Shown: one piece after another, positions 19,650 through 30,188 of the stretch | How positions within the stretch are numbered: position 1 is the first letter of the stretch | Layout: every line of letters starts with the position of its first letter | Assembly: GCA_963817895.1 (NCBI GenBank) | Contig: CAWFQB010000004.1 | Location: forward strand, 800,001 to 864,000 | Direction: 5' to 3' | Length of the DNA: 64,000 nucleotides | Origin: an uncultured Chthonomonadaceae bacterium | Lineage (GTDB): Bacteria > Armatimonadota > Chthonomonadetes > Chthonomonadales > Chthonomonadaceae | Program-made: the position numbers and the translations under genes | Notes under the pieces: generated by a model | Told to the model about the DNA's origin: nothing | Database searches by the model: none | What the model saw: only the letters and a program-made list of their open reading frames with translations

Positions 19650-19822
19650 TTTTTGGAGGCTGCAAAAGCTTTAGCAGGAAGAGCCGTTTATGCTGTCGAA
19701 ATATGAATTGTAGAACAAATGTTATGCGCGGCTCACAACTTAAATCTTTGAAGTGTTGGAGTTCCGAACACGGAATACTCAACACAGAATCACGGCATTA
19801 TCAGTATCGAAAGCAGTACGCT

Positions 19823-22800
19823 ATGCTCTGGCAGATTGAATTATTCAGCAGATTACGCGCTGTGAATGGAGAGCGCGAAATAACCCGTTTTCGCACGAAG
19901 AAGGCAGCGGCTTTGTTCGCTTATCTGACATATCATTCAGGCAAAATTCATACGCGCGAAACATTGATTGACTGGATGTGGCCTGACGATGACGACAACA
20001 GCGTTTCCCTCGATGAGGGGCGTAATAACTTGAGTACGGCTTTATCTCACCTGCGCAGCCAGTTGGAGCCGCCCGACATTGCGCGGGGAACCGTTCTGCG
20101 CGCTGACCGCGCCACCGTGCAGATCAATCCCGACGCCATCCACACGGACGTAAGCGATTTCAAAGCCGCGCTGCAAAAAGCGGGCAAAGCGCAGAGCCAG
20201 GAAGCCCGCGCCGAATGGTTGATGCAGGCGCTCGGCATTTATAAAGGGGAACTTCTGCCCGGTCTTTATGATGATTGGGTGGAGCAGGAACGTCGCAATC
20301 TTACCGGCGACTTCGAGCGCGCGGCAAGCCAACTGATCGAGCATTTCAAAGCCGCCGGCCAGCCTGACCATGCCATTCGTTATGCCACCCGCCTTGTCGC
20401 CGTAGCCCCCGACAACGAGGAAGCGCATTGCGAATTGATGCGATTGTACCGCGCGCAGGGCAACTTTGCCGCCGCGCTGCGCCAGTACCGTCTGCTCGAA
20501 CAGCATCTTGCCCCTCTGGAAGTCGCGCCCTCCGCCGAAACGCGCGCCCTCGCGGCAAAGATAGACAGGGAGAAGAGGAGACAGGGAGAAGAGGAGAGGG
20601 TAGAGATACGAGATGAGGGAAAAGGGAAAAGGGAAAAGGGAAAAGAAGATGCCTTCTCAACTATTAACTATCCACTATCAACTTCTTCATCCCTCATCCC
20701 TCATCCCTCATCCCTTCCCGGTCATGTCGCCCTGCTGCTGACGGACATTGAGCGTTCTACGCTGCACTGGATTGCGGGCGGGGAAGCGTATAGCAGCGTT
20801 CTGGCGCAGCATCATGCGCTGTTGCGCGCGGTTTTTCAGCGGCATGGCGGCATGGAAGCGAAAGAAACGGGCGACGGGTTTATCGTTCTGTTTGAAAACA
20901 TCGCGGACGCGCTGGCAGGCAGCCTGGACGCGCAGCAGGCGCTTGCCGAAACTAATTGGCCTGTGGGCATGGAGCCGCCGCGCGTGAAAATGGCTCTGCA
21001 TTGCGGGCATGTGCAATGGGAAAACGGCGACGCGCGCGGGCTGGCAATTCACCATGCCGCGCGTCTGGCCGAGGCCACGCATGGCGACCAGATTTTGTGT
21101 TCCGAAGCGGCATCCATGCTGGCGGCGGGCGCGGATAACCTGAGAACTGACATTCGCTTGAAACCTCTGGGCGTGTATCGCCTGCGCGATTTTCCCGACG
21201 CGCAGCAACTATTTCAGGTTTGCCGGTTGAATATACCCGAACGCGACTTTCCGCCCATCAAAGCGCTTCCCGGTTATGCCGACCGTTTGCCCCTGTCCAC
21301 AACGCGCTTTGTCGGGCGCGAACAGGAACTGGCGCAGCTTCAAAACTGGCTGTCGCCCCCTGCGCCGGCGCAAAATACGCTCCCCTGCCGCCTGCTCACG
21401 CTGACCGGGATGGGCGGCGCGGGCAAAACTCGCCTCGCGCTGGAACTCGGCGGCGAATGGTCCCGCTTCTGGAGGGCGCGGTCTGGTATCTGCCGCTCGC
21501 GGATGTGGCGGATGCGCGCGGCGTGGCGGACGCGCTACGGCAGCATTTGCGCCTGCCTCACGCGACCGGAGCCGACCTGCTGGAACAACTGACAGAGCTG
21601 CTTTCCCGTCGCCCCTCCCTTCTCGCGCTGGACAATTTTGAGCAGCTTCTGTCCACGCGAGACGAGGAACCGGGCAATTTGAACGCCGTTGGGCGGAACG
21701 CCGCTTCGCGGGATGCTGCTTCCGTAGATGCCATTGCGCTGAACGCTGTTTCGGTGGATGCCGCTTCGTTCGTGGAGGCATTGCTGGAGCGCATCCCGAC
21801 GCTGACGATTTTAGTCACATCGCGCCACCGTCTGCGATTGGCGCAGGAGCGGGAATTCCCCGTGCCGCCGCTGCAAACCCCGGACGTGTTTCAGCCGCTC
21901 ACGCCGTCTCAGAACGACATCTACCTGACGAAACTGAACGGGTGCGAGAGTGTGCGTCTGTTCGTGGAACGCGCTCAGGAGGCGCGGCCCGATTTTCAAC
22001 TGACGCTGAAAAACGCGCCCGCCATTGCGGAACTGTGCGCCCGTCTGGAAGGCATCCCGCTTGCCATCGAACTGGCCGCCGCCCGCGCGCAAATTCTGAC
22101 TCCCGCGCAGATGCTGGCGCAGCTTAATGACCGCTTCACATTCCTGGTCAGCCGCAGCCGCAACATCACGCCCCGCCAGCGTTCCCTGCGGGCTTCGCTC
22201 GACATGAGCTACGCCCTGCTTTCACCCCCCTTGCAGCGATTTCTCGCCCAACTCTCCATCTTCCGGGGCGGCTGGACGTGGGAAGCGGCAGAAGTGGTTG
22301 CAAAGGAGGAAGGCGTTGTCCTTCCCTCCGGGTGGACGCCCGGGAGGAAGGATGAAGGCAATCCTCCTTCCTCCTTTGATGTCCTCGACTATCTGGCGGA
22401 ACTGCGGGATAGTTCGCTGATTGTAACGGAGGCGAGTGGGGAGCAGATACGGTTTCGGCTGCTGGAAACGCTGCGCGAGTATGCCGATGAGCAACTCTCT
22501 TCTGTGGAGCGCGAAGGATTACGGCAGGCGCACTACACCTACTATTTAGCCATGTCCGAGCAGTCCGAGGCGGAACTGAATGGCCCCAATCAGGCCGAGT
22601 GGCTGAATCGTCTGGAAAGCGAGCATGATAACCTGCGCGCGGCTCTGCGCGGAACCGGCGACGCTGAAGCAAGGCTGCGACTGGCAGGCGCGTTATACCG
22701 CTTCTGGGAAGGGCGCGACCACTTGCAGGAGGGGCGTTTCTGGTTGGAAACCGCGGAACATGCCGGGGACATTGGACCTCTGGTTCAGGCCAAAGCGCTC

Positions 22801-23652
22801 AACGGCGCGGGTGTGCTGGCAAATAAACAGGGAGATTATTCTGCCGCGCGCCGTTTTCTGGAACACAGCCTCGCGCTGTATCGAACGCTCGGCAACGCGC
22901 ACGGGGTCGCGCTGGCAAGCAACAATCTGGGCAACGCTCTGCGCGTACAGGGCCACTACCCGGAAGCGCAGTCCTGCTATGAAGCGGCGGCGGCCATCTG
23001 GCGAAAGGCGGAAAGCTGGTCAACGCTTGCAAGCGTACAGAACAACCTGGGTATCACTGCCCTCAATCTTGGCGACACGGCGCAGGCGCAGGCGCATTTT
23101 GAAACCAGTTTGCAAACAGGGCGGCGGGCGGGAGATGACATGCAGAAAGCCGCCACGCTCGTCAACCTGGGGCGCGTCTTCCTTCGGCAAAGCAGGCATG
23201 GAGAAGCGCAGGCGTGTTTGGAGGAGAGTTTGGCGCTGTTCAGGAAACTGGGCCGCAAAACAAGCGTGGCTATCGCCCTGCTCAACCTGGGCGGGCTGAT
23301 TTATGAGAGGCAGGGCTGCGCTGCCGCATGGCCGCTTTTGGTGGAGAGTCTGCAAATCCGGCAGGAAGTGGATGATCGCAGTGGCATTCCCATTGTGCTG
23401 GAGGTTATGGCGCAGGCTATGAACGAGCAGGGCCGATGGGAACGCGCCGCGCATCTGCTCGGAGCCGCCACCGCGCTTCGTGTCGCGTTTAGAGCGCCTC
23501 TGCCAGCTGCGGAGCGCGATGAATACGAACGGGATGTGGCGGCAATACGATCAGGGTTGGGCCGGAAAGCGTTCCAAACAGCGTGGGAACAGGGGCTTGC
23601 CATGACGCGGGAACAGGCCCTCGCCTGCGCCTGCGCCCAAAATCCAGAGTGA
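19823..23652 (+). CDS. AfsR/SARP-type STAND regulator with class III nucleotide cyclase domain (HTH-BTAD-cyclase-NB-ARC-TPR); frameshift near 21450
   Basis: RFRTKKAAALFAYL; BTAD PDNEEAHCELM; cyclase LLTDIERST/ETGDGF/MALHCG/AARL; Walker A TGMGGAGKTRLA; LDNFEQL; LEGIPLAIELAAAR; TPRs. Confidence 0.9.
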
Positions 23653-23676
23653 ATCAAACGTTCGCCCGCGTGAAAT

Positions 23677-23710
23677 TGTTAGGAATTTGTAAGGACATGC
23701 GCTGCATACT
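23677..23710 (+). promoter_or_regulatory. Putative SARP-activated promoter
   Basis: TGTTAGGA at 23677, TGTAAGGA at 23688, CATACT at 23705. Confidence 0.65.
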
Positions 23711-23806
23711 CTTATGTGGGCGCGTGATAATGCGCGCTAATCGTCGTAAAACCGGAAACGATTTTCAGGACGCGCCTATATTGTTGACACAGTGGAAGGA
23801 TTTATC

Positions 23807-24421
23807 ATGCCAGGAAAGCAAAATCGTGTTGCCGTCATGTCCGTTATCACGCTGCTTACCGTTGCCGGACTGTCCCGGCGCAGTTGGGAGCAACCTCCTA
23901 CGTTGCCGGGCAGCCTCGGCTGCAAGGATGATTACTGCGTGAGTTTGAAAGGGCAGGATCATCCCATTCCTACATTCCCGGAGGACCTCGGGGCGGCGCG
24001 CGTCCCCTGGAACACGGCCGTACTGCTAACGGTATCGCGTGGCGCACAGACAATGGGCGTCTCCTCCGCGCAAATCAGCATTGCGGTCTATGAGGTGCAA
24101 TCCGGCAGCGCGAGATTGAACGTCGGCAGACATTCCGAATCCGTTGCGCGTTCTAACTCCGCTGTGAAGTTGGAAACGCCGCCTCCCGCGTCAACGCCTC
24201 CGGTACTACAGGCAGCCAGTACCGCTTTGCTGTCCTACGCGCCGCTTGGGTTAAAGGATCAGCCCCGGCGCATCGCGTTCAATTTAGCCGCGAAACCGCA
24301 GCAGTTCACGCTGAGACTGAACCCCCCTGCGGGAACCCATCTTTACCTCCTGGTAGTATCCGGCAAGAACGCGAGCAACGCAAACGCGCAGACAGCCCGC
24401 ATGTTCATCACGCGAAAGTGA
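23807..24421 (+). CDS. Hypothetical exported protein
   Basis: GGAAGGA RBS; hydrophobic N-terminus; possible compensating frameshifts at 23875-23940; followed by a hairpin. Confidence 0.6.
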   Translation: MPGKQNRVAVMSVITLLTVAGLSRRSWEQPPTLPGSLGCKDDYCVSLKGQDHPIPTFPEDLGAARVPWNTAVLLTVSRGAQTMGVSSAQISIAVYEVQSGSARLNVGRHSESVARSNSAVKLETPPPASTPPVLQAASTALLSYAPLGLKDQPRRIAFNLAAKPQQFTLRLNPPAGTHLYLLVVSGKNASNANAQTARMFITRK

Positions 24422-24451
24422 ACCTTGTCCGGCAGGACTGGCAGCGCAACG

Positions 24452-24481
24452 AACGGGGAGCGAAATTTCGCTCCCCGTTTT
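24452..24481 (+). terminator. Rho-independent terminator
   Basis: AACGGGGAGCGAAA/TTTCGCTCCCCGTT stem, then TT. Confidence 0.7.
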
Positions 24482-24620
24482 GCTGTCTGGCGCTTCTCCT
24501 CCTGTCGAAATTCGAAATTAGCCCCTCCCCGATGTTCTATATTTATGCTTCGCTTTGGGAATACTATTTGTGAGAAAGGAGATGTCCACAGGTGGATGCC
24601 CGGGTGAGGGCGAAATAATT

Positions 24621-24654
24621 TGTTAGGAGTTTGTAAAGAGTGGTATTGCAGACT
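24621..24654 (+). promoter_or_regulatory. Putative SARP-activated promoter, paralogous to 23677
   Basis: TGTTAGGA at 24621, TGTAAAGA at 24632, CAGACT at 24649. Confidence 0.65.
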
Positions 24655-24782
24655 GTCTTCATGCGCGCAGACAAACGAGAAACGCGGGATCGGGCCGGAT
24701 GCCGAAACCTGCCGACGGCTTTGTACGCGGACATAGCGTTTTCAAATAGTTTTAGAACAATCGACTCGCAAGGAGACATTCC

Positions 24783-26769
24783 ATGACACTCATCACCACC
24801 GGCCTTACCAATGGCGGACTCACCACGCACTACCAGGTCGAATACGACAACTCGCTTGCTCAGGCGGACGGCAAGGATCGCGCCAATGCTCTGATTGCCG
24901 TTTGCGAAAGCGATTTCAACATCATGGCGAACTGGTTCCGGGGCGTTACGCTGACGGTTGCCACGCCCATCCATGTGCAGATTTCCCCCGGAGCGTATGC
25001 CAGCGCGGGCTGGGGGCCTCCCATCCGACTGACGCCCGGTAACGGCTCGTCCCTGGACATCGTCCGTTACCTGCTGGTGTCGGAAGTGACCGAAATGTTC
25101 ATGCTGGCGCAGAACAAAGGGTGGTTCGGTTCCGGCAATGAGGGGAGCGCGGGCGAGGGACTGTCCCGTTTTCTCGCGTCCCGTTTTCTCGTGGCTATTG
25201 GGCATGGCGTGACCGAGTCGGGTTTTCAGCTCGCGCCCAGTTGGCTCAACAGTCCGCGACTGGACTTTGTGAACAACATCAACCTGCTGGATCACGGTAT
25301 TGACGCGACGACGGGCTGCGCGATCCTGTTCATTTATTACCTGTACACCCAGTTGGGGTTCGGCATCGAGGAGATTATTGCCGCCGCCGCGCCCGAATTG
25401 TCTGGAGTTTACAGGAATCTGACGCGGGATGGCAGCAATCCCTTCCCCCATTTCAAGCATCTGCTGGATGTGGCGTTTCCGCCGACAAACCCGGACGGCA
25501 CGGCGCATGTATGGAACGTTCCCGGCCCGAACCCGGACGATCCGTTTCCGCTGCTTCCGCATCCCGCGAACCGAACCCGGCTTGCGGAGCGGGCCGGCGA
25601 TTTCGACGGCGATGGTATCTCGGAAATTCTGGTGACGAGTCCCTGGGGCATCGGCATTCTGAAGGAAGTCGGCGGCACGATGACCTCGCTGATGCTGGCT
25701 CCCAATGGCACGCGCTTTGGCGGCTGGCTGCTCGACACGTCCAACAATAAATTCGGGCCTATCGCTGATTACGACGGCGACGGCCATGACGAAATTCTGG
25801 TGACGAGTCCCTGGGGCATCGGCATCCTCAAATTCACCGGCAGTACGCTGACATCTATCATGATGGCGGCCAATGGAACGCGCTTTAGCGGCGGCTGGCT
25901 GCTCGACACGTCCAACAACAATCTCAATTTCGCCGCCGATTATGATGGCGACCGCCACGCCGAGATTTCTCATTACCAGTCCCTGGGGAGTGGGTATCCT
26001 GAAACTGGTGGGCAGCGCGATAACCTCGCCGATGCTGGCCCCCAACGGCACTCGCTTCGGCGGCTGGCTGTACAGCACGGCGGACAATAAGTTCGGCCCT
26101 GCCGCCGATTATGACGGCGACGGCCATGCCGAAATTCTTATCACAAGCGCGTGGGGGCTGGGCATTTTGAAACTGGTCGGCAGTACCTTAACGGCTCCGA
26201 TGATGGCCCCCAACGGCACGCGATTTGGCGGCTGGCTGATGGGTACGGCAGATAACGAGTTCGGTCCCGCTGCGGACTATGACGGCGACGGCCATGCCGA
26301 ACTGGTTGTCACCAGCGCGTGGGGAATGGGCATCCTCAAACTGGTCGGAGCCACCCTGACGGCTCCGATGATGGCTCCGAATGGAACGCATTTTGGCGGC
26401 TGGAATCTCCAGACGGGAGACAATGATTTTAGTCCGTCCGCGGATTACGACGGCGATGGCCGCGCTGAAATTCTGGTTACAAGCAGTGGAGGCATCGGCA
26501 TTCTCAAGTTGTCCGGCAGTACCTTGACGGCTCCGATGGTCCAGCCCAACGGCATGCGCTTCGGCGGCTGGCTGTACAGCACGGCAGCCAACAGAGTCGG
26601 CTCGACGGGGAAATACACCGCCGGGACGCAGAGGGAGATACTCATCACGAGTGGCTGGGGCGTCGGCATTCTGAAACTGTCGGGCAATACCCTGATCTCT
26701 TCGATGTTGCAGCCGAATGGGACCCGCTTCGGCGGCTGGCTGCTCGATACAACCAACAATGTCTTCTAA
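24783..26769 (+). CDS. Zincin-like N-terminal domain plus seven FG-GAP/VCBS-like repeats; frameshift near 25968
   Basis: Seven ~56-aa repeats D(F/Y)DGDG..EIL(V/I)TS.WG.GILK...APNGTRFGGW; AAGGAG RBS; no signal peptide. Confidence 0.85.
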
Positions 26770-26838
26770 ACAATCCTCAGAGATTGTACCTGTTCATTTC
26801 CGACGGGCAGTTGAGAATTGCGCGTCGGAAAATTTACC

Positions 26839-26867
26839 GATACCGCCCGCTGTAAACGGGCGGTATT
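26839..26867. repeat. REP-like palindrome
   Basis: ATACCGCCCG-ctgtaaa-CGGGCGGTAT. Confidence 0.6.
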
Positions 26868-26890
26868 AAAATAAGAAAAGGAGAAATGAC

Positions 26891-27694
26891 ATGCCTGTTG
26901 ATTTTATCGCGTACCACGACCGAACTTCCGCCGACCACAAAGCCCAACTGGACAAGTTTGGCGCATTGGGCTACCGTTTCGTCTCTCTCAGCGTGTACAA
27001 CACGGCGCAAAGTCCGCTGTATGCGGGCGTGATGGTCAAACGCGCTACGGTAGTGGCGCAGCGCGAGTTCCATGACCTGAACGCCGCGCAGATGCAGCAG
27101 CATTTCGACGAGCAGGCCAAACAGGGGTTTGGGCCGGTTATTATTACGGGAACCGGCAGCGCGTCCAATCCGCTGTTCGCCGCCGTGTTTCAGCCGATGA
27201 GTCCGATTTCATTCACCCGCACCGCGCTGACCGGGGGCGATGCGGGCGACATCAATACCTTTCAGGGCTGCTGCGCTCAGGCTAAAAAGGATGGACTGAT
27301 TTTGCGATGGGCGGGGGCTTACGGCGATGCGAACGCGCCCCGCTACATCGGTATCTGGGTTCCCAACCCTGACAAAGTTGTGTGGAACGCGGACGGCGTG
27401 AATGAGAGCGTGGACGGCTTGCAGCAACGCTTTAACGCGCAAACATCCGGGTGGGCGCGGCCCGCGCTGTTCTCGGTATCCCCATCGGAAACCTACCTGT
27501 CGTTGTTTGTGGACAACCAAATCGGCAACTGGGTCGCCCGTCACAACATGACCAGTCAGGGCTATCAGGTCGAATTCGACAAATGGGTGAAGCAGGGGTA
27601 TTTTCCCATTTGCGCGCAGGCGGGCGGAACCGGCGGCGATACCCGGTTCGCGGCGATCTTCGTTCAGCAGGAGACGCCGGTTGCGCATTGGTGA
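26891..27694 (+). CDS. Protein of ~50-aa tandem repeats (polyglycine-hydrolase / bacterial tandem repeat domain 1-like)
   Basis: Five repeats such as WVARHNMTSQGYQVEFDKWVKQGYFP...RFAAIF; AAGGAG RBS. Confidence 0.7.
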   Translation: MPVDFIAYHDRTSADHKAQLDKFGALGYRFVSLSVYNTAQSPLYAGVMVKRATVVAQREFHDLNAAQMQQHFDEQAKQGFGPVIITGTGSASNPLFAAVFQPMSPISFTRTALTGGDAGDINTFQGCCAQAKKDGLILRWAGAYGDANAPRYIGIWVPNPDKVVWNADGVNESVDGLQQRFNAQTSGWARPALFSVSPSETYLSLFVDNQIGNWVARHNMTSQGYQVEFDKWVKQGYFPICAQAGGTGGDTRFAAIFVQQETPVAHW

Positions 27695-27698
27695 ACGG

Positions 27699-29704
27699 TT
27701 ACGCGGGCGGGGGTTGCGCGGCCTGCGCATCCCGGAGTTGGCGAATAAAATCCAGCACGGCGTTCGCGCCCTCCTGAAGAGCGGTATCCGTTTCGTTGCG
27801 CATCTGCATACAATACGCCACGAGGTCGCCAATCGCCGTGAAGCGGAACGTGATGTGCCTGTCCGAATAGCGGACGCGACGCATATAGTCCAGAATGGCG
27901 GCGCGGTCACGGGGCGTCAGTCGCAATTCGGCAAGCACAAGGCGGGGCAGCGTGTACGAGTCGCCAAGCTTCATCAGCACGTCGGCAACGCTTTCGCGCA
28001 CAAACGGTTCGCGGTCTTCCAGCGCGCGCAGCAGCCAGCCGATGCACCGCGCGTCCGTCAATCGCTTCAGTTCCGTAATGGCGGCCCCGCACACATTTCC
28101 GGCGGGGTCGTGCAGTTTGCGGATCAGCAGTTCTACAGCCCGCACATCGCCGATATTGCCCAGCACCTGCACGGCATTCAGACGAACGCGCCAGTCGCCG
28201 GATTCGAGCGAGGGCTGCATGGCTTGCAGCACGAGAGGGCCGAGATGCGCCAGCGCCTGTGACGCGCCTTCGCGCACGGCGGGAGCCGTGTCATTCAGGG
28301 CTTCGATGAGCAGGGGGATGCCTTCGGGCGCGGACAGCCGATCCAGCGCTTTCACCGCCGCTTCGCGCACGTTGGAAGTATCATCCTTCATTCCCCGCAA
28401 CACGGCCGGCGGGCGCGACGATCTCTGCAGCAATCCGAGCGCTTCCAGTATCGCCTGCCGCGCCACATACGTCCGCCTTCATAGGCCGCCAGCAAGGGCG
28501 GAACCGCCTGCGCGTCGCCCAATCGTCCCAGTGTCCGCGCCACATCGCCGTAGGCGTCCTGAACAAGGGCGGGAACCAGTTCGGGTACAACCCGGCTCGC
28601 TTCCATACCTGCAAGAGTGTCTGCTGCGGTTTTGCGCAAAGTGGTGTCGCGATTGGCTAGGGCGCTTATGAGCGGCTGCAATTCGCCCACGCGGGACAGG
28701 CTGCCTACGGCGGCAAGGGCGCGGCTGCGGACAAGCGCGTCCTCGTCATTGGCGGCCTGCACGAGCGCGGCGGTCACGCGCGGATCGGCGACATCGGCAA
28801 GGGCGTTGACGGCGGCGCGGCGCACGGGCGCGCTGGCATCCCGAACCGCCGCAACCAGCGCTTCGATATTGTTGTCATTCACCTGCCGGACGGCCTCCAC
28901 CGCAATCAGGCGCACTTCGGCATCCGGGTCGGACAGGGCATGATGCAGCGTGTCCTGCGCGACGGGCGAATCCATCTGGCTGAGAATGGTGTCCGCCACC
29001 CAACGCGCATGGACATGTCCCACGCGGCTTGCCAGCAGCAAAACAGGCAGGGCGTCGATTCCCAATTGCGCCCCATGCTCGGTTAAAATCGTGGCGACAT
29101 GCTGCCGGAACGGGAGGCTGTCGTCCAGCGCGGCCAGCAGAGCGGGCAGGCGTTCGCTGCCTTTGCGGGCAAGCGCGTCGGCGGCGAGAAAGCGGACGGC
29201 CTCATCAACATCCTGCAAAAGGGGGACAAGCGCGTCTACAGCGCGTTCATCGTTGATACGCGACAGCGTTTCCACAATCGCCCGCCGGGTTTCGTCCTGC
29301 CTCGCCGTCAAACAGTCGCGCAGGGGCGCAATTATCTGAGGGTTGTTGAGCAGGCGCAGTTGCGTTCCACACGCGGCCCAATCGTCCTGTTTCAGCGCGT
29401 CGAGCAGTCCGGGTACGGCAAGGCTGCCAAGATGGGCGAGACTGGACACGGCTTCGGCTCGCGCAGTAGTGTCGGCATCGTGTAACGCTCGAATCAGCAC
29501 GGGAACAGAAGCCGGTTCAAAAATAAAACCAAGCGCGCGAATCGAGGCTTTACGCGCTGGCGCATCCCCGATTTGGCCCGCGAAAGCAAGCGGCGCAATA
29601 GCGGCAGTACCCTGCGCCACAACCGTTTGCAGCAGGGCATCAGCCTGTTCGGAGGGGGAAGCGATATATTCTGCGATAGTGTTCCAAAGGGCATCTGGGT
29701 TCAT
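27699..29704 (-). CDS. Large PBS-lyase HEAT-repeat protein; frameshift near 28470
   Basis: Many motifs such as AVDALVPLLQDVDEAVR and AVELLIRKLHD across ORFs 28388..29809 and 27699..28466. Confidence 0.85.
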
Positions 29705-29802
29705 GGCAATTAACATCCGGGGAAAGGGTTTCAGGCGTTCAGGCAACACAATATAGTTTACACGATTCGCCGTAAAAATTTCATAAAATTGATTCGTGAA
29801 GG

Positions 29803-29831
29803 TTGACATTCCGGGCGCATAGGGTTATAAT
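29803..29831 (+). promoter_or_regulatory. Consensus sigma70 promoter for the mgtE leader
   Basis: TTGACA-N17-TATAAT, perfect consensus. Confidence 0.85.
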
Positions 29832-30105
29832 GACTTGCGCGGCGAATATCTTACCTGCCGCGTAAAGGAAGAAACATTTTCCATGTCCGAACTCAGCCAG
29901 TAGACACGAACGGAACCTCCCGTCCCGCGCCCGTTAAGCCGCAGTCCCGCTGCCGCCCGGTCGCTCGACCTGCGCGGAAGCGGCCACATTCCCGCCCCTT
30001 CCCGGTTTCCTGTTTCCTGACGCCGAACAAAACTAAATTCTGTACACGAAACACCGCGAAAACAATGCTGTGTGGAATTCTGTCGTCTGCCTGACTTCAA
30101 ATTAC

Positions 30106-30144
30106 TCCCCTCTCCTATACTTGGGAGAGAGGCCGGGGTGAGGG
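30106..30144. repeat. REP-like element of the CCCCTCTCC...GGGAGAGG...GGGGTGAGGG family
   Basis: Related copies at about 37476-37502, 47490-47536, 53863-53940 and 59541-59582. Confidence 0.7.
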
Positions 30145-30188
30145 CTACGAGGCTTCTACACGCCCTGTTTTCGGGAAGGGACATTGCC

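Noticed and set aside
19711..19726. LexA-like GAAC-N4-GTT box (GAACAAATGTTA) upstream of regulator 2
   Set aside because: Imperfect single match, no comparable box seen before recQ, and the LexA motif of this lineage is not known to me
19250..19822. 190-aa N-terminal extension in ORF 19250..21592
   Set aside because: It is antisense to the ABC ATPase and intergenic DNA; homology with regulator 1 begins at MLWQIELF (19823)
25600..26766. Regular ~168-bp repeats resembling an array
   Set aside because: They are degenerate coding repeats of the FG-GAP protein, with no constant repeat/unique spacer pattern and no cas genes, so not CRISPR
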